Shown one piece after another: positions 19,748-28,854 of a stretch of DNA of 64,000 nucleotides. Position 1 is the first letter of the stretch. The number at the start of each line of letters is the position of its first letter. Origin of the DNA: an uncultured Candidatus Actinomarina sp. (lineage in GTDB: Bacteria; Actinomycetota; Acidimicrobiia; Actinomarinales; Actinomarinaceae). The position numbers and the translations under genes were made by a program. Below the pieces are notes generated by a model, which was not told where the DNA came from, did no database searches, and was given only the letters and a program-made list of their open reading frames with translations. The stretch lies in assembly GCA_902534495.1 (NCBI GenBank), contig CACAQC010000002.1, forward strand, positions 14,517 to 78,516. The letters are read 5' to 3'.

Positions 19748-20884
19748 ATGTTAAAACTATTACCCATATTATTTTTTGCAGCTGTAAATATTTCACAAAT
19801 TAGCATATTTGAAATAGATGGCATATTTTCAAATGGCCATATCAATGCTATTCAAAGATATGTAGATGAGAATGATTTAAGAGAATCAAACTTATTTGTT
19901 ATTCAATACAACGCCTCTGACACAAGTGAAAATAGTGTCACTGAATTACAAGAATTGCTTAAATACATCAAAACACCAAAAGCCATTTGGGTCGGGCCAA
20001 ACGAGACAATAGTTGACGCAGGACTTTTAAAGTCATTTGATTACGTTGGTATATCACCCGGTACAACAATTATCAATAAACTTTCTAATAATGAGTTTGA
20101 ATTTTTAGACCAAGAAGGAATCTATGAAGGTTACATGGTTGTAGGCTCAATAGGGGCGTTTATTGAAAATTTAGGAAGTGAAAATATAATATCAAATTTA
20201 ACTTCATTAGAAGGAATAACACCTGGCATTGTAAGTTTTGATATTAACTCCGATGATATTAATGAAATTAAATTTGTAAAACCGTCTTTATATGAAAGAT
20301 TTTATATTTCAATATCAAATCCCTTCTTTACATATCTGTTTTTTGCACTAGGTTTTGCACTTTTAGGTTTAGAGCTTTTTGCAATTGGACCGGGATTGAT
20401 GGCATTTATTGGAGCATTATTAATTGGTTTTTCCTCTATGACTTTTACTGAGTTTGGTCTAAATTATTATGGTTTAATTCTATTTCTGATTTCTTTTGTG
20501 ATTTTTATAAAAATATTAGCACGGGGATATTTTGGTCTCTTAGGAATTGCCGCTTTTTCTATCTTACACATTTCATCAATTGTGATGTTTATGAATTACC
20601 AGCTGGAAATAAATAATTTCTTGATGATATTTTGTTCAGCTATTATTTCTTTCTTTTATTTCGTTGCAATACCCACGGTGATTAGATCAAGACTTACTAC
20701 AGATACAAGTGCAATGTCATCATTTGAGGGTTCAACAGTAAAAATTTTAAAAATGCTGGGCGATAGTAAAGCTCTTGTCCAGTTTGAAAGAAATAATTTT
20801 GTTGTAGAAATACAAAATAACCAAACTTTTCAACTTAATCAAGAAGTAGAAGTTACTGAAATAGACGGAAAACTGTCAATCTAA
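19748..20884 (+). CDS. NfeD-family membrane protein with ClpP-like N-domain, TM region and C-terminal OB-fold
   Basis: Architecture and the C-terminal beta-barrel VKILKMLGDSKALVQFERNNFVVEIQ...EVEVTEIDGKLSI. Confidence 0.5.
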   Translation: MLKLLPILFFAAVNISQISIFEIDGIFSNGHINAIQRYVDENDLRESNLFVIQYNASDTSENSVTELQELLKYIKTPKAIWVGPNETIVDAGLLKSFDYVGISPGTTIINKLSNNEFEFLDQEGIYEGYMVVGSIGAFIENLGSENIISNLTSLEGITPGIVSFDINSDDINEIKFVKPSLYERFYISISNPFFTYLFFALGFALLGLELFAIGPGLMAFIGALLIGFSSMTFTEFGLNYYGLILFLISFVIFIKILARGYFGLLGIAAFSILHISSIVMFMNYQLEINNFLMIFCSAIISFFYFVAIPTVIRSRLTTDTSAMSSFEGSTVKILKMLGDSKALVQFERNNFVVEIQNNQTFQLNQEVEVTEIDGKLSI

Positions 20885-20943
20885 ACAATTACTTCGCGAA
20901 AAAAATCTTTTTACACGTCAATATCTTTAATTACTGTTTAGAT

Positions 20944-21204
20944 ATGCTTCAAATAAAAGTTTCTACATGGCAATATGATGCACTTTGCAGACAACACAGT
21001 AGTAATCTGTTTTTTCCACCGGCAACATTTGAAAAAAAAGAAGATAGAGAAAAAAGGGAAGCTAAGGCCAAAGCAGTCTGTAGTGGTTGTCCAGTAAAGA
21101 TTGAGTGCTTAGAAGAAGCTAATGAAATTTCAGAACCATTTGGTGTATGGGGCGGCTTAAATGAGGTTGAAAGAAAACGAGAAAATATTTACGCATCAAA
21201 TTAG
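20944..21204 (+). CDS. whiB: WhiB-family transcriptional regulator with a 4-Cys Fe-S cluster; an actinobacterial signature
   Basis: CRQHSSNLFFP...CSGCPVKIECL...FGVWGG. Confidence 0.8.
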   Translation: MLQIKVSTWQYDALCRQHSSNLFFPPATFEKKEDREKREAKAKAVCSGCPVKIECLEEANEISEPFGVWGGLNEVERKRENIYASN

Positions 21205-22869
21205 TTTTTTTCTCTTTCCAGAACTATCAATTTTTGAAGTATAAAGATATTTATCTAAAAACTCCAAATAGGGTATTGCAAATTTTCTAGATAAGTTAGA
21301 TTCTTCTTTAAATTCGGATACATCAAATACATCAGGTAACTTTTTTAGAATATCAACAAGTTTTGAAATATGCTCTTTTCCGATAATTATATTTTTATCA
21401 ACCCTATATAGATACTCGCTCATAAACAGTTTTTTTACAGACTCTCTATCGAACTTGTTTACATCAACATAATTGACTGATAATTCACTGGATATTTGAT
21501 CAATAATATTTTGATAAACCTCTAAGTCAACTTCAGTATTTTTATCAATAATCAATTGATTGTTAATAACATTTAATCCATCGATTTTATTTATTAATTC
21601 ATCTAAGTAATTGTGTTCTATGAAAAATTCATTATAAAAATAATTTTTCACACCCACCGAATTTATAGTTTCTATATTTTCATTAATTTTTTTGATAATT
21701 GACTCTAGACGATCTTTGGACAGGTATTTGTTGGCTATATTTATATAATCTCTCGAATTTTCGATTAGATTTTCTGGCAAAAGAGTAAATGTTTTTTCTA
21801 GATTAATAGATTCAGTTTTTCGAAGTTCTTTTAAAAATTTTTTTACTAGGTTATTATTGTTTGAAGCAAATGCAATCTTTCCACCCATAAATTCATTAGA
21901 TACCAAATTTTGAATTAATATTTTTTGGTTTTCTAATATTGGCAGATTATTTGGTAGCTCCATAAATATTAAAATTTTTTCTGAATTATTTGCAACCTCT
22001 AACTTTTTAACAATTTGATTTTTTGTACCAATGAATAATCTATTGCTTCCTTTTTTCTTAAATTTAGAAGCCTGTTTATCTGTAGTTGCAAAAATGTATT
22101 TACCTGAGAAAACAATTTCATTGGTTAACAAATCACCTCTACCAATTTCGTCTTGAATGTTCTTTTTAAGAGAAATAGCGATTCTTGAAGTAGTGGTGGT
22201 ATTTTTAACTATGTTTTCAGTATTTCGTATTTCCTTTACTTCCAATAATTTGTTTGTTCTTGCAAGATAAATCTTATTTAAGTCAAAAGCCATAGAAGCA
22301 GTACCAGTTATAACTTTGCCGATCCCATCTTTGGTAAAGCTACGGTCAATCCATAATGAATTTGGATTTTCTGATGTATCGGACTTGAAGAAATCTACTA
22401 TTTTCTTTTGAAACATTTTAAGATCACTTGTTTTATAGCTAAATTCTTCAATTGTATAATTTATTAATTTATTAGAATTTAATTTTTCTTCAAGAAGTCT
22501 TCTATCGATTGAAGTATCTAATAAATCTGTTTTTGTAAAAACAAAAAAAATATTATTAATTTTCAGATTACTAATTGCTTGAAAATGCTCCTCTGATTGG
22601 TTAGACCATCCTTGAACAGAATCAATGCAGAAAATGATACCATCAACATTTGCAAATCCAGCAACAGTATTTTTAAAGTAGTCAACATGTCCCGGAACAT
22701 CAACAATAGAAATTATTTTATTTTTAAATTCAAAATAGGTATATCCAAGATTAATAGTTAATCCGCGAGTTTTTTCTTCTTTTAGCCTGTCTGTTTCTTG
22801 ACCTGTTATGAAATTTACAAAAGTTGACTTTCCATGATCTACATGGCCAGCAGTTGCCAATACGGTCAT
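21196..22869 (-). CDS. selB: Selenocysteine-specific translation elongation factor SelB
   Basis: N-terminus ATAGHVDHGKSTF...TGQETDRLKEEKTRGLTINLGY is close to E. coli SelB TAGHVDHGKTTL...ADRLPEEKKRGMTIDLGY. Confidence 0.85.
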   Translation of the reverse strand: MTVLATAGHVDHGKSTFVNFITGQETDRLKEEKTRGLTINLGYTYFEFKNKIISIVDVPGHVDYFKNTVAGFANVDGIIFCIDSVQGWSNQSEEHFQAISNLKINNIFFVFTKTDLLDTSIDRRLLEEKLNSNKLINYTIEEFSYKTSDLKMFQKKIVDFFKSDTSENPNSLWIDRSFTKDGIGKVITGTASMAFDLNKIYLARTNKLLEVKEIRNTENIVKNTTTTSRIAISLKKNIQDEIGRGDLLTNEIVFSGKYIFATTDKQASKFKKKGSNRLFIGTKNQIVKKLEVANNSEKILIFMELPNNLPILENQKILIQNLVSNEFMGGKIAFASNNNNLVKKFLKELRKTESINLEKTFTLLPENLIENSRDYINIANKYLSKDRLESIIKKINENIETINSVGVKNYFYNEFFIEHNYLDELINKIDGLNVINNQLIIDKNTEVDLEVYQNIIDQISSELSVNYVDVNKFDRESVKKLFMSEYLYRVDKNIIIGKEHISKLVDILKKLPDVFDVSEFKEESNLSRKFAIPYLEFLDKYLYTSKIDSSGKRKKLI

Positions 22870-24161
22870 GTATTATTTAATGCTTGTACAATTGCAGCAT
22901 CTTGATCGTTGAATACGCTTCTCAAATCAAGACAAACTCTATCTTTAATAATCCTCGGAACTATTGGTGTATCATTTTTAATTAACTGATTAATGATATT
23001 CCCTGTTTTTTCGTTTTTTATAAGTAAGATAGGAGATTCTAAAATTACACTTGGTAGTGTACCTCCACCAATTACACTTTTACCTTTTTCTATAGTTGTA
23101 GAAAAAGAAATAGATTTTGCAATATTTTTACATCTTTTTTCTAAAGAGGAATAGGGAACAGTAATTAGATTCCAGAACGGTATCTCTTTTTCTTTTTTAT
23201 TTACATATTTAACTGCAGTTTCTTGAAGTTCAAACAAGATAATCGGCGAGCAACGATAGGTTCTAAACAAACTGTAGTTTTTAATTTCTTTTACCAACTG
23301 CTCATTTCCTGCAATCATTCCAGATTGAACTGACCCAAATAACTTATCTCCTGAAAACATCACTAAATCTGAACCATCAGAAAGTGAATCTTGTACAAAT
23401 GGTTCATCTCTAAAGATATTCACATTGTTAATTTCTAAAAACTTCTTATCAATTACCAAACCGCTGCCTAGGTCATGTAAAAGAAAGACATCATATTTAT
23501 TTTTTAACTCAGCAAGTTCTGAAATTGAAACATCCTCTGTAAAACCACTAATTGAAAAATTAGACCTATGAACTTTTAGTATTAGAGAATTTGGATATTT
23601 TTCTAATGCTTTTTTATAGTCACTCAATCGAGTCTTGTTTGTTGTACCTATCTCTACAAGATTTAAACCAGTTTCATTTATTATCTCGGGAAGCCTGTAA
23701 GAACCACCAATTTCTATAATTTCACCTCTAGAAATAATCACACTTTCAATGTTGTGTAATTTCGATATAGCTTTTAGAGAAACAAAAAGAGAGGAAGCAT
23801 TGTTATTAACAAATATAATATCTTCAGACCCTATCAAATTGTTCATAAGTACAGATAAATATTCATTTCTTTTTCCTCTGGATAATGTTGTTAGATCATA
23901 TTCAATATTTGTATATGTGCTGGGGTAACTTATTTTGTTTGGTGAACGACCTAAGTTTGTATGAAGCAAAGTACCAGTCGCATTGATAACTTCTTTCTGT
24001 GTTTTTAAACTCAAATCATTTATAAGTTCGGCGAATATATTTTTAGCAGTTTCAGAATCTTTTTCTTTAGTAAGAATATTTTTTGCAATATGAGATTTTA
24101 CGTCTCTAGGTAAATTAGAATTTACGGATTCAGTTAATTCATTAACAGAAACAGGGTTCAT
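22866..24161 (-). CDS. selA: L-seryl-tRNA(Sec) selenium transferase (selenocysteine synthase) SelA
   Basis: VINATGTLLHTNLGRS, SRGEIIEIGGSYRLPE, and PLP-lysine motif FSGDKLFG match SelA. Confidence 0.85.
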   Translation of the reverse strand: MNPVSVNELTESVNSNLPRDVKSHIAKNILTKEKDSETAKNIFAELINDLSLKTQKEVINATGTLLHTNLGRSPNKISYPSTYTNIEYDLTTLSRGKRNEYLSVLMNNLIGSEDIIFVNNNASSLFVSLKAISKLHNIESVIISRGEIIEIGGSYRLPEIINETGLNLVEIGTTNKTRLSDYKKALEKYPNSLILKVHRSNFSISGFTEDVSISELAELKNKYDVFLLHDLGSGLVIDKKFLEINNVNIFRDEPFVQDSLSDGSDLVMFSGDKLFGSVQSGMIAGNEQLVKEIKNYSLFRTYRCSPIILFELQETAVKYVNKKEKEIPFWNLITVPYSSLEKRCKNIAKSISFSTTIEKGKSVIGGGTLPSVILESPILLIKNEKTGNIINQLIKNDTPIVPRIIKDRVCLDLRSVFNDQDAAIVQALNNT

Positions 24162-25288
24162 TGATTTGATAATTCCTCAAATACTTTTGCAAGCCTACCA
24201 GTACATGTTTCATCAATAATTGGAGGAAGTTTGATTGCAATATTATTAATTAATTTTTCTATTTCTACTTTTGTTACAGAGTTATTTTCTTGATTAATTA
24301 ATGGAGTACCACTGTCGGCTATATCATTTGTATTTTCTCCAATAGGTATTTTTCCTAAAAGAGGTATCCCAAATTTATCCGATAAAGCTTCACCTCCACC
24401 CTCACCAAAAATATTAAATTTTTCACCTGTGTTTGATTCAAAATATGACATATTTTCAATTACTCCTAATAGAGGAATGAAACTTCTTTTTGCCATATCA
24501 GCGACTCTTGTAGCAACCTTTTGTGCCATTAGCTGTGGAGTTGTAATGACAATTAGCTCTGCTTGTGGAAGTAGTCTACTTAGCGCCATTTGTATATCTC
24601 CTGTTCCAGGTGGCAAATCAATTATCATGTAATCTAAATCTCCCCACTGAACATCAGTTAAGAATTGTTCAAGGGCTTTGCTCAACATCAAACCTCTCCA
24701 CATTAGAGCAGTATCTTCATTGCTAGTTATAAGACCAGTAGAGATTACTTTTAAATTTCCAACTTCGTAAGGAATCATTTTTTTGTCACTATTTGCTTCA
24801 ATTCTTCCAGAGATTCCTAGAAGTCTTGGTATTGAAAACCCCCAAATATCAGCATCTAATAATCCAGTTTTAAATCCTTTTTTTGCTAAACCCAAAGCAA
24901 TGTTTGCAGACAAAGTTGATTTCCCAACTCCTCCTTTCCCACTTCCAATAGCAATCACTCTTGTTCGGGGGTCTACATTTGTAGGTTGAGCATTTTCTCT
25001 TGCTTTTTCTCTTGCCTTTTCCATTACAGCAGTTCGATCTTTCTGGTCCATTGCAGTGATTGTAATTACCACGTTCTCAACATTTTCTAAAAGTTTTAAT
25101 TTTCTATTAATCTCTGTTTCTATTTGATTTCTCATCGGGCAGTCCGCAATTGTGAGGGCTAATTTAATCGTTACTGTTTTGTCGACATGCTGAATGTCTT
25201 TTATCATACCCAATTCAACAATATTGGCTCCCAATTCAGGATCAAATACTGTTGAAAGATGTTTTAATAGAATTTCATTTTGGGTCAT
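24158..25288 (-). CDS. Mrp/NBP35/ApbC-family Fe-S cluster carrier ATPase with an N-terminal DUF59/MIP18 domain
   Basis: P-loop AIGSGKGGVGKST; DUF59-like N-terminus; CxxC motif near the C-terminal half. Confidence 0.85.
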   Translation of the reverse strand: MTQNEILLKHLSTVFDPELGANIVELGMIKDIQHVDKTVTIKLALTIADCPMRNQIETEINRKLKLLENVENVVITITAMDQKDRTAVMEKAREKARENAQPTNVDPRTRVIAIGSGKGGVGKSTLSANIALGLAKKGFKTGLLDADIWGFSIPRLLGISGRIEANSDKKMIPYEVGNLKVISTGLITSNEDTALMWRGLMLSKALEQFLTDVQWGDLDYMIIDLPPGTGDIQMALSRLLPQAELIVITTPQLMAQKVATRVADMAKRSFIPLLGVIENMSYFESNTGEKFNIFGEGGGEALSDKFGIPLLGKIPIGENTNDIADSGTPLINQENNSVTKVEIEKLINNIAIKLPPIIDETCTGRLAKVFEELSNQ

Positions 25289-25367
25289 ATCAGTATTCTA
25301 AGTAGTTTTTAAAAAGATGTAATTACAAATTTATTGAATAACTGGATATTTGCTATAATGTTAAATT

Positions 25368-25715
25368 ATGGATATACAAATAAAATCTTCACGAGCAATA
25401 CTTGCTACTGATAGTGCTGTGAAAAAGTTAAAAGAGCTGAAATCAGAAGAATCATCAGCAGACAGTTTTCTAAGAATGGGTGTCAAACCAGGAGGTTGCT
25501 CAGGCTTTTCATATGAAATGTTTTTTGATACGGACAAATTCGATGGTGATGTAATTGAAGAATATGATGGTGTTAACATAGTTGTAGACGGTCAAAGTTT
25601 AGAGCATGTTAAAGGTGCAACCTTAGACTATAAAGAGGGTTTAATGGAATCAGGATTCTCCATTGACAATCCAAATGTTTCTCGAACTTGTGGCTGCGGC
25701 AACAGTTTTAGTTAA
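25368..25715 (+). CDS. HesB/IscA/SufA-family Fe-S cluster insertion protein
   Basis: C-terminal CGCGNSF motif and a conserved internal Cys. Confidence 0.8.
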   Translation: MDIQIKSSRAILATDSAVKKLKELKSEESSADSFLRMGVKPGGCSGFSYEMFFDTDKFDGDVIEEYDGVNIVVDGQSLEHVKGATLDYKEGLMESGFSIDNPNVSRTCGCGNSFS

Positions 25716-26337
25716 ACTTATATCCAACCGAATGAACAGTCTTAATCCAATCTTTTCTCTGGTCTCCTAATTTTGCCCGAAGTCTTCTAACGTGCACATC
25801 GACTGTTCTTGCGCCACCGAAATAGTCGTAACCCCACACCTTTTCAAGAAGCTGCTCTCTTGACCAGACATTATCTTGATTTTCAACAAAAAACTTAAGC
25901 AACTCATATTCCATAAAAGTTAAATCCAGCAAGGTAGATCCAGCTTTCGCATCATAAGTCTTGAGGTTAATTAAGAGATCTTTAAATTCAAGGATTTCTG
26001 ATTGACTATCTCCCACTAAAGCATGAATCCGTGCACCAACTTCCTCAATTTTGCTACTGCTAGACATTAGCTCTATTAGAGGATTTTGAATTAAATCTAC
26101 TGATTGTTCAAAGTCATTGTCATCAGCAATAATCAAGGTTGGGAAGGACTTGTTTGTGGACTCAAAGTCTGATAAATTTTTTTTTGTTTCCCCATATTTA
26201 GATAGAGAAGTAACCACCAAATTAATTTGGCTTGAATTAGTTACATTTTTTAGTACGAGTTTATTTAACCCAAGATCTACAAAGGCTTTGTCAAAGCTTT
26301 TATGGCTTTTATCAATGTTTATATAGCTATCTATCAT
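25708..26337 (-). CDS. OmpR/PhoB-type winged-helix regulator with an atypical receiver; GlnR-like, divergent from glnII
   Basis: C-terminal output domain WSREQLLEKVWGYDYFGGARTVDVHVRRLRAKLG; degenerate N-terminal receiver; adjacent to a GSII gene as with glnRII-glnII in actinomycetes. Confidence 0.6.
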   Translation of the reverse strand: MIDSYINIDKSHKSFDKAFVDLGLNKLVLKNVTNSSQINLVVTSLSKYGETKKNLSDFESTNKSFPTLIIADDNDFEQSVDLIQNPLIELMSSSSKIEEVGARIHALVGDSQSEILEFKDLLINLKTYDAKAGSTLLDLTFMEYELLKFFVENQDNVWSREQLLEKVWGYDYFGGARTVDVHVRRLRAKLGDQRKDWIKTVHSVGYKFN

Positions 26338-26377
26338 TTTGGAAACAATTATTTAATATTTCTGTAACAACATTTCT

Positions 26378-27430
26378 TTGAATACATATTACATTATTTT
26401 CATGAAGATAAAAGCAGAATATATATGGATTGACGGTCTAACTCCAACCGCAAAATTAAGGAGTAAAACAAAAATAATAGAACAAGGAACAGAGCCACCG
26501 ATTTGGGGCTTTGATGGTTCAAGTACACAACAAGCAACAGGAGATCAGTCTGATTGCGTATTAAAACCAGTTGCTCAGTTTCCAGACCCAGTAAGAGGCG
26601 GAGACAACATATTAGTAATGTGTGAGGTTATGAATGTAGATATGACTCCTCATGCATCAAACACAAGAGCAGCACTAGTTGAATCAGCTTCAAATTTTAG
26701 CGAGTTTGAACCATGGTTTGGCATGGAACAGGAATATACATTTTATGAGCAATCTTATGATTCTCTCAAGTATGGTCAACCTCTTGGTTTTCCACCTTCA
26801 GGCTACCCCGCTCCTCAAGGGGGCTACTATTGTGGGGTTGGTGCAGACGAGGTATATGGACGTGAAATCTCAGAAGCACACGCTACCGCTTGTATTGAAG
26901 CAGGTTTAGGAATTTCCGGAACAAATGCAGAAGTTATGCCAGGTCAGTGGGAATTTCAGATCGGCCCAGTTGGAGCACCAGATATTGGTGACCACATATG
27001 GGTTGCGAGATGGCTTCTCTATAGAATTGCTGAAGACTGGAATATTTCTGCAACTTTAAATCCAAAACCTGTAAAAGGAGATTGGAACGGTGCGGGTATG
27101 CATACAAACTTCTCAACAAAACAAATGAGAGAAGATGGAGGCTACGAAGCAATTGTTGCAGGGTGTGAAGCTCTAGGTAAAAATGCAGACCTACATGTTA
27201 AAAATTATGGTGCAGATATTGAAGACAGACTAACTGGAGACCATGAAACTCAAAGTTTCGATACTTTTTCTTATGGGGTTAGTGACAGAGGTGCTTCGAT
27301 AAGAATTCCATGGCAAGTAGAGGTAGATAAAAAAGGTTATCTTGAAGACAGAAGACCTAATGCAAACGGCGATCCTTATGTGATTGCTATGTTGATGATT
27401 GATACTGTATGTTCAGCAGCTTCTAGCTAG
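26378..27430 (+). CDS. glnII: Glutamine synthetase type II
   Basis: GGYYCGVG and NAEVMPGQWEFQIGP motifs; 350 aa. Confidence 0.85.
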   Translation: MNTYYIIFMKIKAEYIWIDGLTPTAKLRSKTKIIEQGTEPPIWGFDGSSTQQATGDQSDCVLKPVAQFPDPVRGGDNILVMCEVMNVDMTPHASNTRAALVESASNFSEFEPWFGMEQEYTFYEQSYDSLKYGQPLGFPPSGYPAPQGGYYCGVGADEVYGREISEAHATACIEAGLGISGTNAEVMPGQWEFQIGPVGAPDIGDHIWVARWLLYRIAEDWNISATLNPKPVKGDWNGAGMHTNFSTKQMREDGGYEAIVAGCEALGKNADLHVKNYGADIEDRLTGDHETQSFDTFSYGVSDRGASIRIPWQVEVDKKGYLEDRRPNANGDPYVIAMLMIDTVCSAASS

Positions 27431-28031
27431 AAGCTGAGGCAACAATTTCAGAAATTTTGTCTGTTAGCTGATCGAGATTAGAATTAAACGATTCTAAAGC
27501 TGCTGATCGTCTTTCACCAGTGTCAGAAGATTCTAAACCGGCTTTAAGCTCTACGGTATCTTCATATACTAAGTTAACTAAAGTTTTAATTTCCTCGTGG
27601 CTAGTTACCAAATTTGCAAATTCGCTTGGTGGCCCTGGATTTGATAATATATCCACAAACTCGGCCCATTTACTTATAAAATCGTCGAACTCTTGCTTTG
27701 CTTCTTGGTATGTTACCGTTTTGTTATCCCAATTATCATTTGCCTGAAGCACCTCTTGAGCTAAGTTAATAGCAACTATTCTCTCACCATTTATTTCTTC
27801 TAAATAGGAAATAAAACTTTCAGGAAGTGTTGTAGTTGTAGTTGTAGTTGTATCTTCTTGCACTTCTTCTTCTATTTGTTGTTCCTGAACTACTTCAGTT
27901 TCAGTTTGCAGTTCTAGATCATTATTTTCAGCAACCCTGTTGATAAATGTATAAGTTGTAGCAATCATACCAATTAAAACTAATGGAAGAATAAGTCTTC
28001 CAGGTTTTGGATCTGAATTAAAATTATCCAT
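27423..28031 (-). CDS. Membrane-anchored hypothetical protein with a poly-Thr linker
   Basis: N-terminal TM helix; TTTTTTTTLPE tract encoded by a hexanucleotide repeat. Confidence 0.4.
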   Translation of the reverse strand: MDNFNSDPKPGRLILPLVLIGMIATTYTFINRVAENNDLELQTETEVVQEQQIEEEVQEDTTTTTTTTLPESFISYLEEINGERIVAINLAQEVLQANDNWDNKTVTYQEAKQEFDDFISKWAEFVDILSNPGPPSEFANLVTSHEEIKTLVNLVYEDTVELKAGLESSDTGERRSAALESFNSNLDQLTDKISEIVASASS

Positions 28032-28049
28032 GTATCTATACTATCAATT

Positions 28050-28277
28050 TTAAGAATCTAAATCTTGTATTATATTTTCCCACAAAAAATTATCTTTTTT
28101 CGTTACAGTTAGAAATCCTGGACCACTGAATATATTTTCGACACCAGGATGAAAAAATAAATCATGTAAATTGCTATTTTCAACAAGTTTTTTGTCTAAG
28201 TAAATTGCTATTTCGAAACTGTGTTCAAGCATTATTTTTTTTGCATTTGGATTTGGAGTATCAATAAATTCAAACAT
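28050..28277 (-). CDS. Nfu/NifU N-terminal-domain-like small protein
   Basis: FIDTPNPNAKKIML resembles the Nfu_N consensus (TPNPNalKF). Confidence 0.45.
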   Translation of the reverse strand: MFEFIDTPNPNAKKIMLEHSFEIAIYLDKKLVENSNLHDLFFHPGVENIFSGPGFLTVTKKDNFLWENIIQDLDS

Positions 28278-28320
28278 TACAAAATATTTTAATAGAAAAA
28301 TAAGTTTATAATATGCGTGT

Positions 28321-28845
28321 ATGAATAATCAAAATTTAATCAATTTTAACTTTAGGCAATTAAAAACAATTTTAAGTCTGTACTTCTTTACCTTAGGAAC
28401 TTGCTTACTTGGCTTATCTGTGTACTTATTTTTAGAGTCTACTAATTTTTTAGAACAATCAATTACTACTTGGTCTGGTCAAAGTTTGTTTTGGAGCTTA
28501 CTAATATTTTTTGCTGCCTTGTTTTTACTATTTTTGCCAATTGAGTTTTTTAATTCTTTTAAATTTGTAAACAGCTCTTTTGCTGATTTAATAGCAAATA
28601 TTACATTTGCAATTCTTACTTCACTATTTTTTCTGATTTTTTTTCAAATATTATTACCAAGTAACACAATAATTTTACAAGAAGTTGTATCTCTCACCAG
28701 GGCAAACTCATTCTCTGGATTTATTGTGATACCAATATTAATTTTTATTTTAAACAATATTGAGCGAAAATTTTCAGAGCTTAGAAGATTCAGTTTTGGT
28801 ATTATTTTATTAGTTTGGATTTTATCTTCACAATTTTTTATTTAA
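28321..28845 (+). CDS. Hypothetical integral membrane protein
   Basis: Five to six hydrophobic helices. Confidence 0.4.
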   Translation: MNNQNLINFNFRQLKTILSLYFFTLGTCLLGLSVYLFLESTNFLEQSITTWSGQSLFWSLLIFFAALFLLFLPIEFFNSFKFVNSSFADLIANITFAILTSLFFLIFFQILLPSNTIILQEVVSLTRANSFSGFIVIPILIFILNNIERKFSELRRFSFGIILLVWILSSQFFI

Positions 28846-28854
28846 TTTAAACCA

